Shown here: piece by piece, positions 9,331 through 18,329 of the stretch
Numbering within the stretch: position 1 is the stretch's first letter
Layout of the letters: each line of letters begins with the position of its first letter
NCBI GenBank assembly: GCA_947623945.1
Contig: CANQHU010000001.1
Location: forward strand, 15,705 to 79,704
Reading direction: 5' to 3'
Length of the DNA stretch: 64,000 bases
Source of the DNA: an uncultured Clostridia bacterium
GTDB taxonomy: Bacteria; Bacillota; Clostridia; TANB77; CAG-508
The notes under the pieces: model-generated
The model's input: the letters and a program-made list of their open reading frames with translations, nothing else
What the model was told of the DNA's origin: nothing
Databases searched by the model: none
Program-made: the position numbers and the translations under genes

Positions 9331-11070
9331 CTATTTTGCCGGCGGCGCCGCACCTTCACTTAAATCATGAATGGCTTCTTCAAAGTCGAAATCGCCTGCC
9401 TGCGCCGTTTCCAAGAGTACCTTTCCATCTATCCGGCAAAAGGTTTCATATAATGCTTTGGTGGACATTTCTCTATAAGTGGAAAGGTCCACTCTTTGTT
9501 CCTCTACTACCTCAGACAATAATTTGTCTGCCCAACTGGCGTCTACCGTTAAGGAATGCAAATGGGAAAGTTTTCGTTTGGTTTCGACCGGATAATACTG
9601 GCCGGACGCTGTTGTAATGTCTAAGTCTCCCTTTTGGTGTGTGGGCAAGGAAATCGTCCACTTTCCCTTCACATCCGTGCGGCCGGTTACATAATCACAC
9701 ATATCCGGAATGATGCCCTCCTGCGCCAATACCGTGCGCATTTCGTCCGGAGATAAGGTTTGTATCGTGCGTTTTGTCGCTGCATCTTGGATAAGCAATC
9801 GGGACATTTTTAAATCTTCCGTAATTTCTACCAGCATCGGTTTCACATTTAACAGACCTTGTTCCCGTAATTGGTGTACTTTCACGGCTGCTACAGCGCG
9901 AGAGCCAAAATTCACAATCTCTCTGTCCATCGCGTCTAAAAACCGGTCTTTATTCTGCGGTTTGGAAAAATCCAATGGGCCGCCTTCGCCCATACAAGGC
10001 GCATAGCAATTCCAAATATGGTCGGGAATCAAATTGCCGGATTTCGTCAAAATGGAAAACAAATCGGGTGTCGAAAGCTCTCGCAGCGTCTCCCGCTGTT
10101 CCTTCGTTATCGTCGGCTCCGTGTGTGCCGTAATGCCCGGGTTTTGATAATAATATCCATTGGCCTGCATAATCTGAAAAATTCCACCATATACCGGCGT
10201 CGTTCCTTCTCCAAAGAGTTTTCCTTTCGCTTCGGTTACCATACTTTTTCGGTCTAACTTCCAAAGAGCATCGTATGCCTGTTCATGACCGGATTGATAG
10301 GCCCATTTCATCACCTGATTGGCCTGCTGCCAGCCCCGGATATTCGCCGTTACCCGTTCTTCCAATGCACCCTGCGTATGCAGACGACCGTCTTGATGTG
10401 GGTCTTTTTGATAATCTTCATAGGTATAATCTGGATGATATCCCGGAAGACGCTTTCCATCTTCTAACACATTCTCCAGCCGCTTGGCAAAATCCGGTGT
10501 CGTATAAGCGAGAAGAAGTAAGAACTGCTCCTGCTCTTTTAATCCATCGGCACCTTCCAAACGAGCCGTATGTCGTTCGATATAATCAGCTATATCATCT
10601 AAATTCTCCAGATAGAATATGGTCGTAAACGGCGTCTTTTCCGAAAGTGGTTCGGTTCCTGCCCATCGGTTTCGCCCCTCCTCATTGACATAAAGCGGAG
10701 CCACCTCCGGGTGACTGTAACAAAAATCAGCCATCTGCTCCGGCGTATATTGAATAAAGACATCAAGCGTCTCTTTTGGCAGTATTTCCGTAATGGACTT
10801 TGCCCGGCGCACAACCAATGGAGAGTTGTCTCGTAATTGGTCTTTCGCATATTTATGAAATAGCTTTTGAGAGGAAACGCCTTCTCGGAAATCTTCGCTG
10901 GTTGTCAAAGTCTCATAATCAATCAAGCCCGACTCATATAAGAGCCGTCCCATTTCTTTTGGACCAACTGTCTGTCCCAAACGGGCGCCCTCTACCTGAA
11001 TTTCATTGCCGCGTCCGGTAATGCTCTTTCCCTGTACCGTGCGTGACAATGCTTCATAATCTGTCAGCAT
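9331..11070 (-). CDS. Hypothetical protein (579 aa), paralog family with 11080-11703 and 11780-13828
   Basis: ORF track. Shares blocks with the 682-aa protein, e.g. VGPKEMGRLLYESGLIDYETLTTSEDFREGV vs MGPKELARLIYQSDYIDYKTLVSSPDFREGI, and REIVNFGSRAVAAVK vs KEIINFGPRASAMIK. Weak tail FDFEEAIHDLSEGAAPPAK. No known domain recognised. Confidence 0.7.
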   Translation of the reverse strand: MLTDYEALSRTVQGKSITGRGNEIQVEGARLGQTVGPKEMGRLLYESGLIDYETLTTSEDFREGVSSQKLFHKYAKDQLRDNSPLVVRRAKSITEILPKETLDVFIQYTPEQMADFCYSHPEVAPLYVNEEGRNRWAGTEPLSEKTPFTTIFYLENLDDIADYIERHTARLEGADGLKEQEQFLLLLAYTTPDFAKRLENVLEDGKRLPGYHPDYTYEDYQKDPHQDGRLHTQGALEERVTANIRGWQQANQVMKWAYQSGHEQAYDALWKLDRKSMVTEAKGKLFGEGTTPVYGGIFQIMQANGYYYQNPGITAHTEPTITKEQRETLRELSTPDLFSILTKSGNLIPDHIWNCYAPCMGEGGPLDFSKPQNKDRFLDAMDREIVNFGSRAVAAVKVHQLREQGLLNVKPMLVEITEDLKMSRLLIQDAATKRTIQTLSPDEMRTVLAQEGIIPDMCDYVTGRTDVKGKWTISLPTHQKGDLDITTASGQYYPVETKRKLSHLHSLTVDASWADKLLSEVVEEQRVDLSTYREMSTKALYETFCRIDGKVLLETAQAGDFDFEEAIHDLSEGAAPPAK

Positions 11071-11079
11071 CTTGCTTTC

Positions 11080-11703
11080 CTACCTTTCTGGTCCTGCCAC
11101 TGTCAAATCTGCTATATCGGTATCCGATAAGTGAAGAAGTTCATTTGCCCGTTCTGTCGCCAACTCGGCAAACTGCGGAATCGTATTTTCCAAATAATTG
11201 CATAAAATCTGCGTATGCTGCCGTGTCGTTTCCGCATCAAAATGCTGTCTTGCTTCCTCTTCTACCGCTTCTTTGATATGGTACTGCTTTCCCACGCCAT
11301 AGTCAATTTCATCGACTCGTTCTAACAAAGTGAATAATTCTTTGGGTGTCAGTTGGTCAAAAACCGTGTAGACCGATTCCGGTATCAAATGCTTTGTATC
11401 CACCCGAATCGGCGTTTCTTCTCCAATGCGGTCACCATATACAGCAAACAGCCTATCCGTTTCTATCTCTGCAAGGTCTAACCCATAATTCGTTTCCTGC
11501 TCATATTCTATATCCGATAACAAACCGGACTGATAAAATGCCCGCATCCATTCTGCACCGGATAAGCGTCCGGAAACGGATTCTCCTTCTTCCCGGCGAT
11601 AACACACCATATGCAGGTCATTTTGTCTGGCAATTAAGGGAACCGTCTGTTCCTGTCCAGACCCATCTTGATAAGTCATTGGGTTTCGATTTGATGTTTG
11701 CAT
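11080..11703 (-). CDS. Hypothetical protein (207 aa), short paralog of the N-terminal region of the 579/682-aa family; acidic tail
   Basis: MRAFYQSGLLSDIEYEQE resembles the shared N-terminal block. Tail LHLSDTDIADLTVAGPER. SD ggaggaataaaATG. Confidence 0.65.
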   Translation of the reverse strand: MQTSNRNPMTYQDGSGQEQTVPLIARQNDLHMVCYRREEGESVSGRLSGAEWMRAFYQSGLLSDIEYEQETNYGLDLAEIETDRLFAVYGDRIGEETPIRVDTKHLIPESVYTVFDQLTPKELFTLLERVDEIDYGVGKQYHIKEAVEEEARQHFDAETTRQHTQILCNYLENTIPQFAELATERANELLHLSDTDIADLTVAGPER

Positions 11704-11779
11704 TTTATTCCTCCTTTCCCATACTACTACGATTCCCTTACGAATAGGAGAAATGTTTCCTATTCGTAAGGGAAGAATG

Positions 11780-13828
11780 TTACTGCTTTAAGGTTTCTTC
11801 TTCCGATAAGTCCTCAATATCGGAATCGGCAACATCATACAATATGTTTGGTCCCGGTTCCGGGAATGGGTCCAGAAGCCAGTTGTCTGGACCATCTTCT
11901 TCCCCCGGTAATGGACGCGGACCCGGAAGTGATGATGGTTTTGGACCACTTTCTGGACCATCTTCTTCTCCCGGTGATGGACTTGGACCACCTTCCGGGC
12001 CATTCTCTCCTCCCGGTGATGGACTTGGACCATTATCCGGGCCATTGTCCGGTTTATCATCTTTTCCCGGAAATTCCGGAAATGTTGGCCAGTCTCTTTC
12101 ATCTGGCGATAAGGAATGCCCATCAGACCCATAATCTCCATACCATGGTCGTGAATCATCCGGGCCAAACAAGCCCGCTATATCTTCATCCGTTAAATCT
12201 AAGTCTGTTGGTTTCTTCTGCCGTTCCTCATCCATATAGTAAAACCGGTCTAACAACTGTTCCGTCGTCATGGTTTGAAAGTCCTGATAAGAGACGGCAT
12301 AGGTTTCCACACAGTTGCGATATTTCCAAAATTTCTGCTTATCATTTAAGCTGTCTCGAAGAGACCAATCTGTCACTAATATCTCCGGAGTCACAGAATA
12401 AAAGATGCCATTTTCTTTGGTGATGTCCTGTTCCTTTTTATAAACATTTCCAGAAATGTTCCATGCTGCAAAATCATATGGGTCCGGAACTATCTGATGC
12501 ATAATGACATAGGCTCGTACCAAATCCGGGTCAGACGCCAATAAGATATCTTTTGTGGGAGTATCTTTGATACACAGCTTTGGAATCGTAACGCCTTCCA
12601 CTTCCGGCACCGGCATATCATTTCGCTCCAAATGGACAAAATCCTCTTCGATATAATGATTGGCTTTTATCATCGCAGACGCGCGAGGGCCAAAGTTGAT
12701 AATCTCTTTATCCAAGGCGTTTAGCAGATAATCATAACGATGCGGCGCTTTATAATCCAGCGGTTTTCCGGATGTAATGCATTTTCGGTATACTTCCTGC
12801 TGCTTTTCATTGGAAAAGAACGAATGGCCGCATTTCGTTTCGTCCGTAATATAGGTAAACAGCTCACTTGCGGATATCTTATGGAAATCGTCCCGAATGT
12901 CGTCTGTTATCGTCGATTCCTGATGCACTGTGACGCCATAACGCTCTATCTTTGGAGAATTCATGGCAATCAGCACATGAGAGGCCGGATACTCACTCTT
13001 CGGCCGTTTGACAGAAAAGCCGCTTTGCTCCATCCATTTTGCCGTCTGTTCCGCTTCCTGCCAGCCGCGTTCCATGCCGTCTAATTTGTCAAGTACTTTC
13101 CATTGGTTTTTCATTTTCGGCGATACCTCGGCGTCCTGAAAGTGAATAAAGGCTTTCGCATCTTCTAAATAGGTCTCCATCCGCTCGGCAAAATCATAAT
13201 TCGGAGAAGTATTCATTAACAGATAAATAAATTGTTCCCTGCTTTCCGACTGTAACGCCATATCGTGCAAATCGGTGCTGTGGATTTTTATTTCTTTCTG
13301 CTCCCATGTTTCCATCGGATTATTTTCGATAATACGGTCATCCACGCTCCACCGGGATTGGTCACGATTGTAATACATCGGAGCCAAATCCGGATGCTTT
13401 TCACAAAAATCAGCCAGCCGTTCGGATGGGAACGACATCAATACGGCCATGGTCTCATCGGGAATGTCCCATTTGTTTACATCCACTAAAAAGGGATGCT
13501 CCGGACTGATATTCGGGGCCACATACTTGTCAAACAATTCATCGGTAGAAATCCCTTCCCGGAAATCGGGGCTGGAGACTAAGGTTTTATAGTCGATGTA
13601 ATCCGACTGATAAATCAATCGCGCCAGCTCTTTGGGGCCCATCATTTGAGAAAGCTCCTCTTTCAGATTGGCCGCATCCCCCGTCAAATCCGTATATTCT
13701 GCCGTTTTACGGTTGCCCTTGGCCCACGGATGTTTTTCTCCGTAGCCAAGGTGAAGCGCGTGCCGCTCTTTGGAATTTAAGTCTTCTTGTGCAAACAGCC
13801 GTTTAGCTGCATCAACATCACTTACCAT
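11780..13828 (-). CDS. Hypothetical protein (682 aa), paralog of 9331-11070, with a Pro/Gly-rich insertion flanked by two copies of the acidic motif
   Basis: ORF track. Has an internal DLDLTDEDIAGL, then ~110 aa of PG-rich low complexity (GPDNGPSPSPGGENGPEGGPSPSPGEEDGPESGP), then the terminal YDVADSDIEDLSEEETLKQ. Confidence 0.7.
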   Translation of the reverse strand: MVSDVDAAKRLFAQEDLNSKERHALHLGYGEKHPWAKGNRKTAEYTDLTGDAANLKEELSQMMGPKELARLIYQSDYIDYKTLVSSPDFREGISTDELFDKYVAPNISPEHPFLVDVNKWDIPDETMAVLMSFPSERLADFCEKHPDLAPMYYNRDQSRWSVDDRIIENNPMETWEQKEIKIHSTDLHDMALQSESREQFIYLLMNTSPNYDFAERMETYLEDAKAFIHFQDAEVSPKMKNQWKVLDKLDGMERGWQEAEQTAKWMEQSGFSVKRPKSEYPASHVLIAMNSPKIERYGVTVHQESTITDDIRDDFHKISASELFTYITDETKCGHSFFSNEKQQEVYRKCITSGKPLDYKAPHRYDYLLNALDKEIINFGPRASAMIKANHYIEEDFVHLERNDMPVPEVEGVTIPKLCIKDTPTKDILLASDPDLVRAYVIMHQIVPDPYDFAAWNISGNVYKKEQDITKENGIFYSVTPEILVTDWSLRDSLNDKQKFWKYRNCVETYAVSYQDFQTMTTEQLLDRFYYMDEERQKKPTDLDLTDEDIAGLFGPDDSRPWYGDYGSDGHSLSPDERDWPTFPEFPGKDDKPDNGPDNGPSPSPGGENGPEGGPSPSPGEEDGPESGPKPSSLPGPRPLPGEEDGPDNWLLDPFPEPGPNILYDVADSDIEDLSEEETLKQ

Positions 13829-13842
13829 AGCTTATCCTCCCC

Positions 13843-15288
13843 TTACAAAGTCTCTTCAGCCGATTCCGTAATTTCATCCAAATCGCCATCGCCTAATGAA
13901 TACGGATTCTGCTTTTCCATCGTCATATGTGCATAATCGGCATACCGCTCGGTAACATCGGACAGCCGGTAGGTGTTGCTTACCCAGTCAAAGGAAATCA
14001 TCTCTCCATCTCCCAAGTCTACAAACTCATCATCTTCGTCATCCCAATCGTCCCATGTGGTATAAGCAAATTGCTGCTGCTCAAAGCTCTCGCCAATCCC
14101 ATCGGAATTCTGACCCTCAATCCAATTAGAAATTTTATAAAGCTCATAATCATCTAACGGCTCATTTGCCACTAACAGGATGTCGCCCTCGTAACCGTTG
14201 TCATTCAATATCCATTCAATATTGGCCACTTTATCTTTTATCTCTGGCAACGCCTCGGTCAAAAACTTAGTCATTGGCGGCTCTGTCAAATATTCTTTGG
14301 CGGCTTCTACATCATTCACCGTACCGGTTAAGCTGAAGTGTGTGCCGTATACCTTCGTTGTATCCTGATTCTCGTCCATATCCAAGGTATCATCTAAGGA
14401 ATATTCCTGCACATTCCACTGGAACCAGCCATAATCCTCTAAATGCGCCTGTAAGAACTGCGTCAAATCAGACTGGAGCTCTCTATCTGTCAGCTCCCGA
14501 TGAGCGACAACCGTAACAACATTAAACTCATCCCCGTCACAAGTCCATGTGACATCGGCAATATCCCGTTTTAAAGCCGGATTTTGATTGAATTCTTTGA
14601 ACCGCTCCGTCATGGTATCGGTATTCTGATTGATAAAATCATTTTCCGTATCCGTATTATAATAATTGAACTGCGTTGTATATACATAGAGCTTTTCTTC
14701 CGGCATCTGCTGGTGAGTCAACTGATTTTCCTCGACATCCACAGCCAGAGAATAAGAGATAACCTTAAATTTTCCGTTCGACCAATCGCTCAAATAGCCC
14801 TTGGTCATCATATCTTCTGTCATCGGATACTTTGCTGCAAATTCTTTGTTCAAGTATCCAATCTGATGCTCCTGCCCATCCGTCTGTTCCACATATACGG
14901 CAATCGCATTGGGGTCCACCGGATTTGTCGGTTCCGGCACGAGATGAAAGTCCATCTCATAAGTTGTCTTCTTATCCGTCTTTCCAATTTCGTCTTTGAC
15001 AAAAGAAGACGGGTCGCTGTCACGAAAAGTAATCCCAACGACCTTCATTTCCGGCACCGTGGCAGCCGCAAAATGATGCACCAGCGTATAGAACTGCTTC
15101 TCACTCATGGCATAATCCTTTGCCTGAAAACCTCTTGCCATCTCTTCGACCGGGAACTTTCGCCGGTTTCCCTCTTCATCATAATTGAGTACAGTAGCGT
15201 CTGGAAACTCCAAAATTCTATCCACCAGCTCCCGTGGCGTCAACTGTTTTAATTCGTCCCGCTTTTCATTGACTAATTTTTTTCGCAT
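13843..15288 (-). CDS. HIRAN-domain protein (481 aa) with acidic tail
   Basis: ORF track 13843-15294 (TTG). ATG M3 has SD aaagggga. The HIRAN-like block is VVGITFRD...FHLVPEPTNPVDPNAIAVYVEQTDGQEHQIGYLNKEFAAKY. Tail YSLGDGDLDEITESAEETL. Confidence 0.6.
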   Translation of the reverse strand: MRKKLVNEKRDELKQLTPRELVDRILEFPDATVLNYDEEGNRRKFPVEEMARGFQAKDYAMSEKQFYTLVHHFAAATVPEMKVVGITFRDSDPSSFVKDEIGKTDKKTTYEMDFHLVPEPTNPVDPNAIAVYVEQTDGQEHQIGYLNKEFAAKYPMTEDMMTKGYLSDWSNGKFKVISYSLAVDVEENQLTHQQMPEEKLYVYTTQFNYYNTDTENDFINQNTDTMTERFKEFNQNPALKRDIADVTWTCDGDEFNVVTVVAHRELTDRELQSDLTQFLQAHLEDYGWFQWNVQEYSLDDTLDMDENQDTTKVYGTHFSLTGTVNDVEAAKEYLTEPPMTKFLTEALPEIKDKVANIEWILNDNGYEGDILLVANEPLDDYELYKISNWIEGQNSDGIGESFEQQQFAYTTWDDWDDEDDEFVDLGDGEMISFDWVSNTYRLSDVTERYADYAHMTMEKQNPYSLGDGDLDEITESAEETL

Positions 15289-15477
15289 AATCAATTTCCC
15301 CTTTCTAATTTATTACTATTTGTATTCTATCATACTTTAACAAAATCTGCTATCTGCTTGTCACTCAAAAAAAGACCGGAGGAAACCACTCCCCCGGCCA
15401 AAACCGAAAAGACTCTGTATTCCATTTAGGAATTCATTGTCCACATTATCATATCATGAAATACTTGAAAAAGCAAC

Positions 15478-15852
15478 CTACAGTGCCAAGCCGTCTGCTT
15501 CTAAAGAAAAGTTCAAATCGTCGTCGGTTAATCCCTGCTCCTCCTGTTCCTCTTCTACATTCCATTCCCCTTTGGCTGCTACGCCTGCATGGAATTCTGC
15601 AAATTGAGATGCGACAAAGCCAGAAAGCGCCAGCTTATCCCGCTGTCCCAATGGCTCTTCGGTAGCAATCCGCACCATATTGAACTTATCCGGGTTGGGG
15701 TCATTTTCATTGTAAAACCAATCCATCTCCGTGATGTGTTTTCCGGTTTCCGGATACTGCTCGACCATCCTGTCCAATAAATCATCGGACTCTATGGCAG
15801 TAACCATAGCTTCCGGCAAGGTTCGATTAAAAGTATATCCATAAATAAACAT
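15478..15852 (-). CDS. Small acidic protein (124 aa) with tail LTDDDLNFSLEADGLAL
   Basis: ORF track 15478-16005. Start moved to MFIYGYTFNRT, 7 nt after SD gggagg. It resembles the repeated modules in the C-terminal half of the HIRAN protein (W...V...EPL...EL pattern). Confidence 0.55.
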   Translation of the reverse strand: MFIYGYTFNRTLPEAMVTAIESDDLLDRMVEQYPETGKHITEMDWFYNENDPNPDKFNMVRIATEEPLGQRDKLALSGFVASQFAEFHAGVAAKGEWNVEEEQEEQGLTDDDLNFSLEADGLAL

Positions 15853-15974
15853 ATTCATTCCTCCCTTTGTCGTTGTTGTCCTCATTGTAACACAAAGTAA
15901 GAGCCACTTCCACTGAATTGTCACTTGTGTTATAATAATTTCAAAGGAGACATTTGATAAGGAGGGGAAACCAT

Positions 15975-16238
15975 ATGGCAAAGAACGCACGCTTAAATAT
16001 TGCAATTATGCCAAGCACGAAAGACCGGTTAGTACGATTTTGCAAGGAAAAAGATATCAGTATGGGCGATGTCGTCGACGACGCGCTAAAGAATTTCTTT
16101 GAACGGTTAGACCGGTCCAATTCGGCGCCCGATTTGGTGTTAGACCGTATCAATCAATTGACGCTATCGGTTATGCAGGCCAATTTGACACTCGGTCAAA
16201 TTAAAGATTATATGGAAAGCGAGAACAATAATGGATGA
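15975..16238 (+). CDS. Ribbon-helix-helix (CopG/Arc/MetJ-type) DNA-binding protein (87 aa)
   Basis: ORF track 15954-16238. ATG M8 follows SD aaggagggg. MAKNARLNIAIMPSTKDRLVRFCKEKDISMGDVVDDALKNFFE has a typical RHH beta-strand plus two helices. Confidence 0.6.
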   Translation: MAKNARLNIAIMPSTKDRLVRFCKEKDISMGDVVDDALKNFFERLDRSNSAPDLVLDRINQLTLSVMQANLTLGQIKDYMESENNNG

Positions 16239-16842
16239 AGGATTAAACTTAGAACAATTATTAGAGGGTATGACCGGTAATCTGGTCACGCCAAAATTAT
16301 CCGAAATTTTAGCCGCCAACAGCAAGGTGCGACCCAAGCTCATTTCGTATGAGATTATCCGGGGGCTGGCCAAAACTTTAAAGACCCCCGTGCAGAAAGA
16401 AATTTTACACAACGGCGAAGTCCATCAGATTCGCTATGTGGATGTTGAGCCGCTTTGTACCGGTTCGTGGGCTATGCTCTCATTGATGCTGCTCTGTTTG
16501 TCTTACGGAGAACAAAGCACCTTAATTGACGCCTTGTATCCGCCCAATTTACAGCTTTGCGCCAAAGCCTTTGCCGTAGTCTTCACGCCGGGCATTAAGG
16601 GGGAAACAGTTATTATGAAACAGGATTCCGCACTCCTTGACGGCATTGAAAGCGCAAATGCCGGAATTGCTATGATACTTACCAAATTAAAGGATATCGG
16701 TACCATTCCTCATGCCGATGAAGTGGACAAGAACCGTCGGGCCATGCGGGACTTGGTGGATGCGTCCAGACAACGAGATATCTATCATAAACAGTATACA
16801 GCGTCTGTTGATGCGGCCAAGCATCAGGATTTGTCTCGTTAA
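16231..16842 (+). CDS. Hypothetical protein (203 aa), translationally coupled to the RHH gene
   Basis: ORF track. ATGGATGA overlap with the upstream stop. No motif recognised. Confidence 0.55.
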   Translation: MDEGLNLEQLLEGMTGNLVTPKLSEILAANSKVRPKLISYEIIRGLAKTLKTPVQKEILHNGEVHQIRYVDVEPLCTGSWAMLSLMLLCLSYGEQSTLIDALYPPNLQLCAKAFAVVFTPGIKGETVIMKQDSALLDGIESANAGIAMILTKLKDIGTIPHADEVDKNRRAMRDLVDASRQRDIYHKQYTASVDAAKHQDLSR

Positions 16843-16850
16843 ACGCAAAA

Positions 16851-16880
16851 TGGGTGACAGGGATTGCAACCTGTCACCCG
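16851..16880. terminator. Bidirectional hairpin GGGTGACAGG-gattgcaa-CCTGTCACCC between convergent genes
   Basis: A perfect 10-bp stem read directly. Confidence 0.5.
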
Positions 16881-16979
16881 GAGGAAAACTACCTGCAAAG
16901 TAAGTCAATCTTTGCAAAGGCCAAAATGAAAACAGCAACTTCTTCATCACCCAAAAAGAAGATTCGCTATGATGTCATT

Positions 16980-17348
16980 CTAACACGCTTTGCGTCTTCT
17001 GTCAATACGATACTCGGATTGCGGATACGCTATCAGTAGAAAATTTTTTCGGATTTTAATCGTAAACGCCGGTTCCCGATAGCCATACTCACCCGAAGTA
17101 AAAATTCCCGGCTTTCCAAAAAATTCAGACAACCATTCTATATAATCGGATTCCTGCCAACCCGGGCAGCGAATCGTAAAACTTAACAGCTTATCCCGCT
17201 CAAAATAAGCAGATAAGAAACAGGAGATACCAAAGCAGGAAATCTCTGCTTTTGATATCCATAAATCATACAGCGGAGAAACCGTTTTATCAAATTCTGT
17301 CGTCCTCTCTTCCAACATTCGTTTTATTGTAGCTTGTTCAAAGTCCAT
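16980..17348 (-). CDS. Hypothetical protein (122 aa), last gene of the apparatus operon
   Basis: ORF track only. Confidence 0.45.
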   Translation of the reverse strand: MDFEQATIKRMLEERTTEFDKTVSPLYDLWISKAEISCFGISCFLSAYFERDKLLSFTIRCPGWQESDYIEWLSEFFGKPGIFTSGEYGYREPAFTIKIRKNFLLIAYPQSEYRIDRRRKAC

Positions 17349-17365
17349 TTTCTCATTCGTGCTTT

Positions 17366-18319
17366 CTAAATTTTGTGTTCATCAAATAATTTGCAAAACA
17401 ATTTTACTAATAAGGTTACCCGAAATTCTGGTGATACCTTACTGTTTAAGGTGCGATTGGCCAATTCTGTCGTCAAAGTATGTGGAATTTTAAATTGCAG
17501 TTCACAATACTCCGTGACCTCTCGTAAATCTTTAAATGTCTGAGCCAATAACTGCGTCGACCGGGCGTCCTGCCCTGCGGTCTCCGGCGGAGGCGTCGGT
17601 GCCGGTGGTTCTTCGTAATTGTCATATCCCGGCTCTTCATAATCATCGTATCCCGATTCTTCATAAGCATTGTATCCCGGTTCTTCATAATCATCGTAGC
17701 CGGGTTCTTCATAAGCATCATATCCCGGTTCTTCATAATTATCATACCCTTCATAATCCGACTCGGGTGGTTCCTCAATAAATTCGTCCGGCGGCGGCCC
17801 TTCTGCAAAGGTTTCTTCTGCCGGTGGAGCTTCTGTAGGCGCTGCCTGCGAAGCAGGAGGCGTTTCCGGCGGTTTTTGCATCTTATCTGCCATCTGTTCA
17901 ATCACACCGATGGGAATATCAATATCCTTTTCCGGCGGCGTCAAATCCTTAACCAAATCCCGGAGAGTGCCTTTTCCCTGCACCGTACCCTGAAATCCGC
18001 CATCGGTAAAGACCATACGAGTAACCTGCAAATCAATTAGCCCAAAGGCCGGGTCGAACAATTTATCCAAAGGTGGAAATAAAATTAATCGGGGTGGTTC
18101 ATGAATATCAGAACACATGGCATAAATTGTATGCTTTCCAATTCCAATTAAGGCGAATCCGGATAAGGCTTGGTCCATTTCCGTATCGACCTCAAATCCA
18201 ATAATTGAGTTTTCCTCCCGTAAGTACGCCAATTCTTCTACCACCATTAACCGACGGAACAAAGGATTCTTCGCCGACGGGGCCAATTCTTTAATTTGTG
18301 TTTGAATCTCTACTCCCAT
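17366..18319 (-). CDS. Hypothetical protein (317 aa) with six tandem YEEPGYD(A/D/N) acidic repeats
   Basis: ORF track. SD aaggagattgttATG. 24-nt DNA repeats at ~17620-17760. Confidence 0.6.
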   Translation of the reverse strand: MGVEIQTQIKELAPSAKNPLFRRLMVVEELAYLREENSIIGFEVDTEMDQALSGFALIGIGKHTIYAMCSDIHEPPRLILFPPLDKLFDPAFGLIDLQVTRMVFTDGGFQGTVQGKGTLRDLVKDLTPPEKDIDIPIGVIEQMADKMQKPPETPPASQAAPTEAPPAEETFAEGPPPDEFIEEPPESDYEGYDNYEEPGYDAYEEPGYDDYEEPGYNAYEESGYDDYEEPGYDNYEEPPAPTPPPETAGQDARSTQLLAQTFKDLREVTEYCELQFKIPHTLTTELANRTLNSKVSPEFRVTLLVKLFCKLFDEHKI

Positions 18320-18329
18320 AACAATCTCC

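Noticed and set aside
11788-12423. Antisense and alternative-frame ORFs 11788-12168, 11844-12134 and 11848-12423 (and likewise 17473-17901 and 17536-17781)
   Set aside because: They arise from repetitive GC-rich codon repeats (PG-rich and YEEPGYD regions) that stay open in several frames. The host ORFs are long and contiguous with conserved flanks.
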